Source: a virus | Strand: one strand, 5' to 3' | DNA: 64,000 nt | IMG/VR virus record: IMGVR_UViG_3300046535_002148 | Location: 32,001-96,000 of that record | Part shown: positions 48,504 through 57,823 of the stretch, piece after piece | Numbering within the stretch: the first letter of the stretch is position 1 | How the letters are laid out: each line of letters begins with the position of its first letter | The notes under the pieces: model-generated | Database searches by the model: none | What the model saw: only the letters and a program-made list of their open reading frames with translations | Told to the model about the DNA's origin: nothing | Made by a program: the position numbers and the translations under genes

Positions 48504-49124
48504 TTACATCTCGCGAATCCACAGGGCCTGCTGGTTGTTCTGGAAGAACTCGTCGAGCTCGTCGAACTCGGGAATGGCCACGGTCCGGATCCACTCGAGG
48601 ATGTCGTTCTCGGAGTTGAATCCCAGTCGCTGTCGCTCCTCGCCGTCGGACCGGTCGTAGGTCTGCACGATCGACTTGAGCTCGTTGAACAGGGCGATGG
48701 TCTTGCCCAGTTGCTCCTGGCGGTGGACGCCGAAGATCTTCGCCCGGCGCTTGACCTCGTCGAACCACTTGCTGAAGTTGCCGTCGTTGGCCGCGGCGTC
48801 CCGGACGGACTTCGCCAGGCCCATCGAGTGCTTGATCTTGTTGATCTGATCGCTGTAGGACTTCAGGTCTGACGACACGTCACCGGTGTTGACCTCATCG
48901 CCGTAGTAGTCGGTACCGCGACCGAGCCACTGGGTCCACCGGAAGACCATGAGCTCGAGGGCGAGGAGCCGGTCGACGTCACGCAGGTCGGTGACGTCGG
49001 TGAAGCGGGTCTGCTGGACGTAGGCGTCCCGGGTCTCCTTCAGCCACATCGCCTCGTCGCGGGTCATCACGGTCAACGTCTTGTTGGAGACCAGACGTAC
49101 CTCGAACCCTGCAGGTGAGGTCAA
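48504..49124 (-). CDS. Putative terminase small subunit
   Basis: Helical, MGLAKSVR motif, upstream of the large subunit. TTG 49124 with GAAGGAAG RBS. Confidence 0.5.
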   Translation of the reverse strand: MTSPAGFEVRLVSNKTLTVMTRDEAMWLKETRDAYVQQTRFTDVTDLRDVDRLLALELMVFRWTQWLGRGTDYYGDEVNTGDVSSDLKSYSDQINKIKHSMGLAKSVRDAAANDGNFSKWFDEVKRRAKIFGVHRQEQLGKTIALFNELKSIVQTYDRSDGEERQRLGFNSENDILEWIRTVAIPEFDELDEFFQNNQQALWIREM

Positions 49125-49354
49125 CGAACTTCCTTCCCGATCCAGCTTCGGAGTTTCACCGAACGGGAATGACCATAAGCCAGGGTGATGCGACGCTCGC
49201 TTCGGAAATTTGGCCCTCGGTAGCTTCATTCAGAGCGTAAATATCCGATGTTCCGGTCTGCATTTGCCACCCGACGACAGAATGCGACTCAATTACCGGA
49301 TCGGCGATTTCGGGGCAGCGGAAATGCTCGAAAGATTTTGCTTTCCCGGGCGTG

Positions 49355-49876
49355 TCAGGCGCTCCTGGGCAGTCGCGGGTTGCACCCACCGCACAGCCGT
49401 CGCCCGGCCGCGATCAGGACCGAGGAGCCGCAACGGGTGCAGGGGCGCACGGCGTCGACGCCGCGGGTCATGGTGGTCTCGTGGTCGGCGAAGGCCAGGA
49501 CGGTGCGGGGGTTGTCGGCGTCCAACTCGAGCACGCCGGACAGCGAGGTGATCTGACTGTCGTCCTTGAAGACGATGCCGTTGGCGGCATCGCAGACGTG
49601 CTTGAGCAGGTTGTCGACGTCGACCCGGCGGCGGGTGGAGCGGTAGAACACCGCGATCAGTGCGACGTTGCCCGTGAACATCGGGATGCGCTTGAGGCGG
49701 AAGCCTGTGGCCTGCTCCGCAACCTTGTCCTTGGGGTCGTGGTAGGCCCTGCCGTTCGGGGCGAACCGCGGCCGGGCCTTCGAGTGAGGCTCCCCCGGGA
49801 CGACCGCGAACTCGACCCGGGTGAAGTGGCGGTTGAAGGCGTGCATGAGGGCCAGAACCTCGTCGGTGTAGTCCAT
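49355..49876 (-). CDS. rusA: RusA-family Holliday junction resolvase
   Basis: GEPHSKARPR...DVDNLLKHVCDAANGIVFKDDSQI. Confidence 0.9.
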   Translation of the reverse strand: MDYTDEVLALMHAFNRHFTRVEFAVVPGEPHSKARPRFAPNGRAYHDPKDKVAEQATGFRLKRIPMFTGNVALIAVFYRSTRRRVDVDNLLKHVCDAANGIVFKDDSQITSLSGVLELDADNPRTVLAFADHETTMTRGVDAVRPCTRCGSSVLIAAGRRLCGGCNPRLPRSA

Positions 49877-50065
49877 TCTGACGTTTTCGACGGATCGTCA
49901 GATCCGATCGAGCTTCTAGACTGACCCCGTGAAGCAGCTGGAACTCGCGGTCGATCTGACCCCGGTGGAGGCGCTGCGCATCCTGTTCGACGGCTCGACG
50001 GTCTGGCGTCGTCGCAGCGACCGCCTCCGGCCCATCGAGGACGTCCCCCTGACCGGCGACCTGCT

Positions 50066-50767
50066 CTAAGCCAGTCGCGGCAGCTCAGTGGTCTGGCCGC
50101 AGGCCTGGTACATGACCTGCTCACCGAGGTACTTCGTGAAGGCCGGCGGGATCGCCTGCGCCAACTCGACCTTGGACATCCACCAGATGTCCATCGCCTT
50201 GCACCAGAGTTCGAACTCGTTCCTGCCGAGACCCTGCCCACGCCCGTAGACCCCGATCACCGGCGACATGTAGACCACCGGCTTGCCCGAGTGATAGCGA
50301 CGGGTCGGGTACATCGGCGAAGCAGCGTCCTGCCGGGCGTGCTGGCACTCGGGCTGGAACAGGTCGAGGTTGGACTCGAACAGGCGATGCCGCCGGACCC
50401 CCAGCTCGAACATCGAGCCGCACAGCACGATCGGGTCGTACAGCGGGGCTCCGGGCACGTTCTCGATGACATAGGGCCGCGGCAGTCGGAGCCCACGCAG
50501 CGCGTCACGGGTCGCCCCCACCAGGTCGGTGTGCTCCGGACCGGAGAAGGCCTTGAGGCTGGTGTGGACCTTGCAGGGTGGGCTGGCGTGGATGACGTCG
50601 AACTCGTGCCCGTGCTGCCGGATGAACTCCACGGCATCGCCCTGCACGAACTCGAACGGCGGGTAGTTGGGCTGGGGCTCGATGTCGATCCCCACCACCT
50701 CGAAGCCCGCCTGGTGGTACCCCATGGTGGCGCCGCCGGCCCCACAGAACGCATCGAGCAGAAGCAT
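50066..50767 (-). CDS. Compact C5-cytosine DNA methyltransferase
   Basis: LDAFCGAGG, HASPPC, IENV, RRHRLF, QAIPPAF. Confidence 0.88.
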   Translation of the reverse strand: MLLLDAFCGAGGATMGYHQAGFEVVGIDIEPQPNYPPFEFVQGDAVEFIRQHGHEFDVIHASPPCKVHTSLKAFSGPEHTDLVGATRDALRGLRLPRPYVIENVPGAPLYDPIVLCGSMFELGVRRHRLFESNLDLFQPECQHARQDAASPMYPTRRYHSGKPVVYMSPVIGVYGRGQGLGRNEFELWCKAMDIWWMSKVELAQAIPPAFTKYLGEQVMYQACGQTTELPRLA

Positions 50768-50799
50768 CCACTCGGGATCGTCCCGATCGAGGCGAAACC

Positions 50800-51087
50800 T
50801 CAGTCCTGCTCGAGGAACAGCGCCCGCAGGACCTTGCGGACAGAGTCCTCGTCCACGCCGGTCATCCGCGCCAGCTGCGCAGTCGGGTCACTGCCGCCCG
50901 GTCGAATCGCCCAGGGGGCGACCGGGTACTCCGGGTCCAGGTAGTCGCGTTCCATCCGCCGCAGATCGCCCACGAGCAGCCACAGCGACGTAGGTGCAGC
51001 AAAGCCTTCCGGCAGGTACGGGTGGACCTGCCCCGGATCCGGTTGCCAGGTCAGCCCGTTGCGCGCCAGTGCTCGGCGATAGGACAT
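50800..51087 (-). CDS. Hypothetical protein
   Basis: ATG 51087; part of a run of small genes. Confidence 0.5.
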   Translation of the reverse strand: MSYRRALARNGLTWQPDPGQVHPYLPEGFAAPTSLWLLVGDLRRMERDYLDPEYPVAPWAIRPGGSDPTAQLARMTGVDEDSVRKVLRALFLEQD

Positions 51088-51100
51088 CCAGCCGCCGATG

Positions 51101-51355
51101 TCAGAACTCCCGTCCGCCCGGCGGCGTCCAGCCCTGGCGCTCCAGCCAAGCCTTGGTGCCCTCCTCCAGCGCGATCTCCGGGCCATTGAGCTCCAGGTCG
51201 ACGCATTGGGGTCGCAACTCCAGGGTCAGGTAGCAGGTGCCCCCGACAGCAGCACTGAAGCGCAGGGACCGCACGTTGAGTCGCTGGCCGTCGATCTCGA
51301 CGAAGCCGGTACTGCAGTGGCGGTCCAGCTCGATGCGGACGTTGGGTCCGGTCAC
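51101..51355 (-). CDS. Hypothetical protein
   Basis: GTGA overlap with the upstream gene. Confidence 0.5.
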   Translation of the reverse strand: MTGPNVRIELDRHCSTGFVEIDGQRLNVRSLRFSAAVGGTCYLTLELRPQCVDLELNGPEIALEEGTKAWLERQGWTPPGGREF

Positions 51356-51756
51356 TCGCCCTCCCGGAGGTAGGCCGTCTCCGCGGGCTGCTGGATGGCC
51401 TCGACGGTCGCGGCGAACCGAAGACGCTGAGCCTCGACGCCGGCCAGCCCGACCGTGCCCATGAGCGGCTCGGTGACCTCGAGCCAGACGTCCTCCACGG
51501 GCTCGTGCTCGATCTGACCGGCCGTCAGGACGGCCTCGTAGACGCCTCCGGCGACCAGCGGCCACGGGATGTTGTCCGGGGACGTGGGGCCGACCAGCCG
51601 CGCCGCGGTGACGATGGCCAGGGAGGTGTCCGCCGCCGAGATGCTCCAGGAGCCGTTGACCGCGTTGCGCAGGTCCTCGCCCAGGTCGTGCCAGAGGACC
51701 ATCTGCATGTCCTCCACCCACTCGTGGAGCTGGGCGTGATCAGAGGTCAGGGGCAT
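51352..51756 (-). CDS. Hypothetical protein
   Basis: GGAGG RBS, ATG 51756. Confidence 0.55.
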   Translation of the reverse strand: MPLTSDHAQLHEWVEDMQMVLWHDLGEDLRNAVNGSWSISAADTSLAIVTAARLVGPTSPDNIPWPLVAGGVYEAVLTAGQIEHEPVEDVWLEVTEPLMGTVGLAGVEAQRLRFAATVEAIQQPAETAYLREGE

Positions 51757-52006
51757 GACGCGCCTCCGAGACGTAGAGCCAGAGCGGCCCCGAGTCCAGG
51801 GGGTTGGGCTGGCGTACGTAGCGGGTGGACTCGCTGGAGTCATCGGCAGCGACGTTGAAGACCGCGGACATGACGAACGCCGGGAGCTCGATCTCGGCCG
51901 GAGGGTCCATCAAGTCGGCGTCGAGATCGAGCTGGTGTCCATGGGCGGGGCCACCGATGAGCTGGACGGGGATCAACGCGCGGCGTCCGGGATGGTGCTC
52001 ATGCAA
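51740..52006 (-). CDS. Hypothetical protein
   Basis: LIGGPAHG motif of small phage proteins. Confidence 0.5.
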   Translation of the reverse strand: MHEHHPGRRALIPVQLIGGPAHGHQLDLDADLMDPPAEIELPAFVMSAVFNVAADDSSESTRYVRQPNPLDSGPLWLYVSEARHAPDL

Positions 52007-52053
52007 CGACGGTAGTCGTTTCGGCCGACAAGCTCGAGCCCCGAGTTTCCCAG

Positions 52054-52563
52054 CTAGGACTTGACTTTCTCCCCGAGAACTACACGGTCGCGAGCAAGAT
52101 CCAGCGCTCGCCGGGCGTCGGCGAGCGCCAGCTGCTGCCGGGCGACCGCCGCCTCCATCCGGGACAGCTCATCGAGGAACAGGTGCTCGTGCTGGGACTC
52201 GACGGTCGCGGCCCGCTCGATCATCGCCAGGGCGTCGGCGACGACGTCGCCGGAGGCGACCGGCCGCTGCTGGGGCCTGCGGTTGGCCCACCTGGCCAAG
52301 GCGCGCTCCCACCCCGGACCCTTGAGCTCGACGTAGCCGGTCCTGGCGCTGCGCAGCCGGGTGCTCAGCGCCTTCCTGGCCTCGTCGTCGACGGTGCAGG
52401 TGGCCCAGGTGTCCGGCGACATGGCGCAGGCTCCGCGCTCGGTGTCGACGTAGACGTCCATGTGCCCGATCGAGGCGAACAGCACCACGTGGAAGCGCGC
52501 GTCGAGGTACTCGCCGGTGTCGTGCTTCGCCAGGTCGCCCGGCAGGAAGTACAGGTCGTCCAT
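52054..52563 (-). CDS. Hypothetical protein with C-terminal coiled coil
   Basis: GAGGAGG RBS; TACGCT -10 upstream. Confidence 0.6.
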   Translation of the reverse strand: MDDLYFLPGDLAKHDTGEYLDARFHVVLFASIGHMDVYVDTERGACAMSPDTWATCTVDDEARKALSTRLRSARTGYVELKGPGWERALARWANRRPQQRPVASGDVVADALAMIERAATVESQHEHLFLDELSRMEAAVARQQLALADARRALDLARDRVVLGEKVKS

Positions 52564-52942
52564 GGGAGCCCTCCTCGTGGGCCGAGCAGCGTAGCCGAAA
52601 CGTCAGTTCCCTTGCTGGGGAACGAACCCGGGACGGGGGTTCCCGCGATCTCCCTAGGCTCCGTTCATCCCCGTGGGGGGAAAGGGGGGCGCGGCCGAGC
52701 GCAGCGGAGAGCGGAGTGACGAGCGACAGCGAGTCTCGAAGCCTTGGTTGAAGCAGCTGTTGACGACAAAGACGCCCCCCCTCCTGCGCTTCGCTTGGAG
52801 CTGACTCGTCTCGTCGCTGCGCTCCTCAACAAGTCAGTCCCCCCCGGGGGACCGACCTTTGGGCGTGGCGTCCAACGTACGCGACGCGCGACCAGCGATC
52901 TGAGCCGCGACGTTCCCCAGCCAGCTTGGGAGTTTCTTCCGC

Positions 52943-53323
52943 TCATAGCGGAAGCACGCTGACGCCGTACTGCGCGAAGTGTTCGTCGCTGGTGGCGACG
53001 GTGTACCGACCCTCCAGCGCCTGGGCGATGATCAGCCGGTCCCACGGGTCGCGGTGCAGCCACGGCAGACCCTCGTAGCGGACCACGTGGGTGTCCTCGA
53101 TCCCCAGCCTCGTCAGCCCGCCGGCGTGGACCATCTCCAGCAACCGGGGCGGGCGCACCAGCTTCCCGACGGACACTTTGGTGGCGATCTCCAACAGCGA
53201 GATGACCGAGTAGGCGACCTCGGAGGCCGCTTCGATCCGGGCGACAGTCTTCGGGGCCACGTTCCCGACCCCGATGCGCAGCAGTGCCACGGTGTCCAGC
53301 AGCAGGCGTTCGTGACGCGGCAC
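52943..53323 (-). CDS. vapC: PIN-domain (VapC-like) toxin
   Basis: LLLDT...SVISLLEIATK...GKL...HRDPWDRLIIAQA...TSD. Confidence 0.9.
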   Translation of the reverse strand: MPRHERLLLDTVALLRIGVGNVAPKTVARIEAASEVAYSVISLLEIATKVSVGKLVRPPRLLEMVHAGGLTRLGIEDTHVVRYEGLPWLHRDPWDRLIIAQALEGRYTVATSDEHFAQYGVSVLPL

Positions 53324-53325
53324 GT

Positions 53326-53562
53326 CTACTCGCCCTCGATCAGCAGCTCGGCCAGCTCGCCGTCGGCCGAGCTGAACGCCGCCTCATCGAAGCTCCACAC
53401 ATCGCCGAACCAGCCGAACATCGACATCCGGTCACTCGTGGCGACCTTCACCAAGGTGAAGCGCTCGTTGTTGCGCGTGATGACGACCTCCTCCCCGGCG
53501 CGGGCTGCATCGAGCAGCTTGCTCAGGTTGGACTTGGCCTCGTGGACGTTCGCGGTCTGCAT
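53326..53562 (-). CDS. Phd/YefM-family antitoxin
   Basis: MQTANVHEAKSNLSKLLDAARAGEEVVITR. Confidence 0.9.
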   Translation of the reverse strand: MQTANVHEAKSNLSKLLDAARAGEEVVITRNNERFTLVKVATSDRMSMFGWFGDVWSFDEAAFSSADGELAELLIEGE

Positions 53563-53597
53563 CCGCCTAGAGTAGCTAACCGGGCTAGTCTTGTCAG
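53563..53597 (-). promoter_or_regulatory. Leaderless housekeeping-type promoter of the TA operon with probable operator
   Basis: CTGACA-17 nt-TACTCT-6 nt-ATG; TAGC-N7-GCTA inverted repeat overlaps the spacer. Confidence 0.65.
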
Positions 53598-54274
53598 GGG
53601 GTCCAGAAAGGGATCGGCGGCAGGTCCACGATCGGCGGCGTCGACGGCGAGGGCTCCGGAGTCGGACTGGGAGCCACCGCGGGCTCTCCAGCCGGCCCCT
53701 GCGGTCCTGCCGGTCCTGCCGGGCCGGTGTCGCCCTGAGGACCTTGCGGCCCGGTGTCGCCCTGGGTGCCCTGTGGGCCCGTGTCACCCTGCGGGCCCGG
53801 CGGGCCCTGGGGGCCGGTCGCCCCGGTGTCGCCCTTCGCCCCCTGCTGACCCGAGGTCCCGGCCTGGCCGGGCACCCCGGCCGCGGGCGGGTGGGCCGCG
53901 AGGTACGCCGCGACAGCTGCCGAGAGGTCCGAAGCGCTGGGTGCAGGGCCCTGCGCGCCGGTCTCGCCCTTCTGTCCAACCGCCCCGGGGATGGGTGGCG
54001 CCGGCGCTGCGACCTTCGGCGCGATGCCCTTCTGGATCAGCTGCCCGCGCAGGGTGTTGATGTCCGTGTTCGCGGAGTTGACCTGGTTGGTCAACTGCTC
54101 GACCCGGTTGTCCGAGGTCTGGTTGCGGGAGTCCTGCTTGGCCTGGACCCAGGCGGTGTACGCGATGCCGAGGACGGAAAGCAGGAGGACCACGACGACC
54201 CAGGCCGTCCGTCGACGCGCCTCCACCGGAACCGCATGCGTCCGGGGAGCAGGCTCATCAGTCTGTAGCGTCAC
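53594..54274 (-). CDS. Membrane-anchored collagen-like protein
   Basis: N-terminal TM, coiled coil, GPQGDT repeats, Pro-rich tail. Confidence 0.75.
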   Translation of the reverse strand: MTLQTDEPAPRTHAVPVEARRRTAWVVVVLLLSVLGIAYTAWVQAKQDSRNQTSDNRVEQLTNQVNSANTDINTLRGQLIQKGIAPKVAAPAPPIPGAVGQKGETGAQGPAPSASDLSAAVAAYLAAHPPAAGVPGQAGTSGQQGAKGDTGATGPQGPPGPQGDTGPQGTQGDTGPQGPQGDTGPAGPAGPQGPAGEPAVAPSPTPEPSPSTPPIVDLPPIPFWTP

Positions 54275-54617
54275 CGCGCTCCCCCTGTACCAGCTCGATT
54301 GCAGCCCGTCGCTGCTGATCCACGCCGCGCTGGTTCTCGGCCTCTACGTAGCGCTGGTAGCGCCAGTCCCCCGGGTTGGCCATCCGCTGGTCGCGCTCCT
54401 CGCGGTCGCGCAGCAGCTGTTCGGCCCGGTCCGCCCGGGCCTCCGCGGCCTTGGTCCGCTCGTTCTCGCGGTCGGCCGCGTTCTTCTGCAGCTCCGTGTT
54501 GAGTCGGGTCAGCTGCCAGTTCTGGCGCAGGAGGTAGATCACGATCCCCGCCATCCCGGAGCCACCGACGAGCAGCGGCGAGACTGCCGCAGGGTCCACA
54601 GATGGCAACTCGCTCAC
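54258..54617 (-). CDS. Single-TM coiled-coil protein (lysis-associated?)
   Basis: Hydrophobic N-terminal segment followed by a charged coiled coil. Confidence 0.55.
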   Translation of the reverse strand: MSELPSVDPAAVSPLLVGGSGMAGIVIYLLRQNWQLTRLNTELQKNAADRENERTKAAEARADRAEQLLRDREERDQRMANPGDWRYQRYVEAENQRGVDQQRRAAIELVQGERGDATD

Positions 54618-54634
54618 CCCCGCGTCGGGCTGCC

Positions 54635-54790
54635 TCAGCTGACCTTCCGGCCATTGCCCGGGTACATGACGACATCGAATCTCTGGACCAGGGATCCGTC
54701 CTTCAGGGTCGCCGGTGAGATCTCGACGTCCTGGAAGTACTTCCGCCCGTACTCGTCTCCGGCCGGGGTGACGAACGTGCTGACGGCCAT
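54635..54790 (-). CDS. Small hypothetical protein (51 aa)
   Basis: Hand translation MAVSTFVTPAGDEYGRKYFQ...; TAATG coupling. Confidence 0.5.
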   Translation of the reverse strand: MAVSTFVTPAGDEYGRKYFQDVEISPATLKDGSLVQRFDVVMYPGNGRKVS

Positions 54791-54960
54791 TACGACCCCT
54801 TCTCGGTCTGCAGAAGAGAGGTCTCCGTGGCCTTCTCTGTGGTCATCGGCTGGTGCAATTCGTCATTCGCGCTACGCCCGCACTCACACACGCCGGCCTT
54901 CTCGGCGTAGCCGTGCGGAAGGTCGAACCGATCGACCCCGAGTTCTCGCTGAATCTCCAT
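54790..54960 (-). CDS. Small hypothetical protein (56 aa)
   Basis: GGAGG RBS; MEIQRELG...H...CECG...H. Confidence 0.5.
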   Translation of the reverse strand: MEIQRELGVDRFDLPHGYAEKAGVCECGRSANDELHQPMTTEKATETSLLQTEKGS

Positions 54961-55007
54961 GTCGAAACCTCCAATCTCCTTCTTGGGGTATCGACCGGGA
55001 ACGCACC

Positions 55008-55040
55008 GAAGACCAGCCGGGATCCGCCCAGCTGGTCTTC
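55008..55040 (-). terminator. Hairpin after the acidic-protein genes
   Basis: GAAGACCAGC...GCTGGTCTTC 10-bp stem. Confidence 0.5.
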
Positions 55041-55051
55041 GGTTGGGAGCG

Positions 55052-55420
55052 TCAGGCCTTGGCGGCGGCTGCGGTCTTCGGCTCCGGCTTGTCGTCGTCG
55101 GACTTGGCCTCCACGGGCCGAGTCTCCGCGTGCCGAGGCGCGTGGCGAGCCTTCGGCTTGTCGTCGTCGTCCTCAGGCTCCTGGTTCTCCTGGAGGCTCT
55201 GCGGGGTGACGTAGTCCTTCGGGTCTCCGTGCCGGGACTGCAGCGGGACCGAGTCCGGCCAGTCCTCGTGGTCCGGCTTGTTGAAGTCGAGCTCGCCTGC
55301 GATCTCCTTGGCCCGCTTCTCGTCGGCCTCCTTGATCGCCGCGAAGCGCTCCTTGTTGACCTTGTCGACCTCGGCCTGGATCTTCGGGTCGACCTTCTCG
55401 GCGCTCACGTCGTCAGCCAT
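55052..55420 (-). CDS. Charged low-complexity protein
   Basis: GGAGG RBS, ATG 55420; Asp/Glu/Lys-rich. Confidence 0.55.
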   Translation of the reverse strand: MADDVSAEKVDPKIQAEVDKVNKERFAAIKEADEKRAKEIAGELDFNKPDHEDWPDSVPLQSRHGDPKDYVTPQSLQENQEPEDDDDKPKARHAPRHAETRPVEAKSDDDKPEPKTAAAAKA

Positions 55421-55712
55421 TGAGGTCCTCCTCGGTGTTGGCCTGCTCGCCGGTGTTCGCCGCCGTCGAGGTAGGGCCCTGGGCGTCCTCGACGGTCGGC
55501 TGCTCGGCCTCGCCGTCGGGCTCGACGCCGTACTCCGGGTCACCGGCGGTGCCGTCGAGCTCCGCCTTCTCCTCCTCGGTGGGCGGGGCCTCCGGGTCGC
55601 TGATGCTGCCCTTGGCGCCGGTGCCGAGCGTGCGCTCGACGTCGTCCTGGGGCTCGCCGTCGACGAGCACGGGCTCGGTTGCCGGAGTCTGATCCGGCTG
55701 GGTCTTGGCCAT
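55413..55712 (-). CDS. Highly acidic small protein
   Basis: AAGGAGG RBS; Asp/Glu/Pro/Thr-rich. Confidence 0.6.
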   Translation of the reverse strand: MAKTQPDQTPATEPVLVDGEPQDDVERTLGTGAKGSISDPEAPPTEEEKAELDGTAGDPEYGVEPDGEAEQPTVEDAQGPTSTAANTGEQANTEEDLNG

Positions 55713-55848
55713 GGGGGACCTCCTTCAACTAGGAGATCGACCTGACGGCCATGGACGACAACAGAACGGCTCAGCGGGCCGCACGCACTCGAAACTGACG
55801 TTTCGTCAGTTCGATCATGCCTCTGACCTGCGATTTCACGGACTCAAA

Positions 55849-55900
55849 TGATACTCAACCGGAACCCTAGCCATCCCACTTCGGTTCTGCTTGAATATCA
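55849..55900. other. Putative attP site of the serine integrase
   Basis: 52-bp dyad: TGATACTCAA/TTGAATATCA and GAACC/GGTTC symmetric about 55874-55875; just upstream of the integrase. Confidence 0.7.
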
Positions 55901-55936
55901 ATCGGTCCTGCAAAGAGTTTCCGCAGGTCAGACAGG

Positions 55937-57715
55937 GTGACCGCCTTCGCCAACATCGGCTTGACCGGCGGCATCACTGGCAGATCCATGCTGCTGTCCC
56001 CCTCGGAGGGCTCGTTGTCCAAGGCTCAACCCGTGCTCACCGGCCAGGCTAGATTGAGCCGCCTTCGGCGCCGCAAGCCGGATCGCGACGAGCGGCTGGG
56101 CGTGTCGTACGCCCGGTACTCCGAGGAGATCCAGGGCTCCATCCCGGAGCAGGAAGGCACCAACCGCGGTGTCGCCGCGGACTTCGACGTGAAGATCGTC
56201 GACTACTTCAGGGACGAGGCGATCTCCCGGTCGATCCAGGAGCGGCCGGGCCTCATGGCGATGCTGATCTACCTGGAGGCGCACCCCGAGGTCGGCTTCA
56301 TCGTCATCAACGAGCTGGAGCGCCTGACCGCCGGCGTGTCCCAGCGCGGCGAGATCACCGAGATCTGCCAGCGTCTCCACGTCACCTTGCTGACGGAGGA
56401 CATGGATGACATCGACCCGTTCGACGAAGAGAAGATGCAGGAGGCCGACAAGCGGGCTGTCGAGGCCAAGGGTGAGGTCCTCAAGGTCCAGCGACGTGTG
56501 CGTCGCACCATGAAGCAGAAGTTCGGTCCGGAGACCCAGCGGGTGTCCATGCGGCCCGCCTTCGGCACCCGGATGAAGCCGCTGCTCGGTCCCGACGGCA
56601 AAGCGCTGCAGCCAGGGATGAAGCTCGTCGATGAGAACGGCCGGACGATCCGTTCCGGTGAGCTGGAGAAGGACCCCAACGAATTTCCGCATCTCCAGGC
56701 CATGTTCAAGATGGCGGACGAGGGAAAGACCGACGCCGAAATCGCGCGGCATCTGACTGACCGCATCCCGACGAAGTCCGGCAACAGGATGTGGCGGGCC
56801 AACACGGTGGCCGGGATTTTGACGAACCCGCTCTACAAGGGCGAGTACACCTGGGGGAAACAGGCCGTCCGCCGGTACAGCAACGGCAAGACCTATCTGG
56901 AGGAACGCCCCGAGGGTGACCCTGGCAGGGTCACCAAGCAGTTGTCGTCGGGGCCGTTCATCCCGGTCGAGCTGTGGGAGCGGGTGAACGAGCGCCGGAA
57001 GGCTCGTCTCGACACGCTGCGCTTCAAGCGGCGTACCCGCGATGTCCAGCTGTTCGACGAGCGCATGTTCTGCCTGGAGTGCGGCTACAAGCTCTACGGG
57101 ATGATGGCCAACGCAGGACGCCCGGAGCCGAAGCGCCGCTACAAGCCGGTCCGGTTCAACTACGCCTGCAACAACGCACGGCGGGGGAACACGACCAAGC
57201 CGGGGTTCAAGCCTCCGTGCGAGAAGTCGCGGATCATGAGCGACTACCACCTGTTCGACGCCCTGGCCGCAGCCCTGGACAGCGATGCCGAGCGGTACGT
57301 CACGGTCTACCGAGCAGCGGTCAACGCCGATCACGTGGTGGCCCGCAAGGCGGAGCTGGAGAAGCACATCCGCGTCGCGGAGGCCAAGCTCGAGCGGGCG
57401 GTCAACCTGCACCTGGACGACCCCGAGATGATGCCGCGGCCGAAGCTGGACAAGCTGAAGGCCGAGACGGCCGAGGAGATCGAAAAGGCCCGCCAGGAGC
57501 TGGCAGGCCTCACGGTTGAGCGGGCGATCAGCGTGCCCGAGCAGGACGAGATGTTGCTGCGCCCCGTGGTCGAGCTGGTGGAGCAGCTACGCGACCTCAC
57601 CACGCCGGTGGAACTTCGCCGTCAGCTGCTTTCCCGAGCCGGCATCGAGCGGTTCTACGTCCACCGTCCACACGTAATGATCGAGTTCAGCAAGGGGTAC
57701 GCCGGCGTCGAGTAG
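55937..57715 (+). CDS. Large serine recombinase (integrase)
   Basis: YARYS catalytic motif, RPGL, ERLT, recombinase domain ILTNPLYKG, Zn-ribbon CLECG...YAC, coiled coil. Start uncertain. Confidence 0.93.
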   Translation: MTAFANIGLTGGITGRSMLLSPSEGSLSKAQPVLTGQARLSRLRRRKPDRDERLGVSYARYSEEIQGSIPEQEGTNRGVAADFDVKIVDYFRDEAISRSIQERPGLMAMLIYLEAHPEVGFIVINELERLTAGVSQRGEITEICQRLHVTLLTEDMDDIDPFDEEKMQEADKRAVEAKGEVLKVQRRVRRTMKQKFGPETQRVSMRPAFGTRMKPLLGPDGKALQPGMKLVDENGRTIRSGELEKDPNEFPHLQAMFKMADEGKTDAEIARHLTDRIPTKSGNRMWRANTVAGILTNPLYKGEYTWGKQAVRRYSNGKTYLEERPEGDPGRVTKQLSSGPFIPVELWERVNERRKARLDTLRFKRRTRDVQLFDERMFCLECGYKLYGMMANAGRPEPKRRYKPVRFNYACNNARRGNTTKPGFKPPCEKSRIMSDYHLFDALAAALDSDAERYVTVYRAAVNADHVVARKAELEKHIRVAEAKLERAVNLHLDDPEMMPRPKLDKLKAETAEEIEKARQELAGLTVERAISVPEQDEMLLRPVVELVEQLRDLTTPVELRRQLLSRAGIERFYVHRPHVMIEFSKGYAGVE

Positions 57716-57823
57716 CGCCTTCTGCGCCTTGTGGATCGCGACCGCCTCGGCGATGCGGTCGATCTGGGTGGAGCTCAACCGCTCCTCGCCCCACATGACC
57801 CTTCGGTTCGGGGTCTCGTCCAT
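57587..57823 (-). CDS. Small protein overlapping the integrase 3' end (possible directionality factor)
   Basis: TGATG-coupled to the Xis-like gene; convergent overlap with the integrase. Confidence 0.35.
   Translation of the reverse strand: MDETPNRRVMWGEERLSSTQIDRIAEAVAIHKAQKALLDAGVPLAELDHYVWTVDVEPLDAGSGKQLTAKFHRRGEVA

Noticed and set aside
53690-53860. Short direct repeats as CRISPR or VNTR
   Set aside because: They encode Gly-X-Y collagen repeats within a CDS.
55928-57412. 494-aa minus-strand ORF
   Set aside because: Antisense to the serine integrase.
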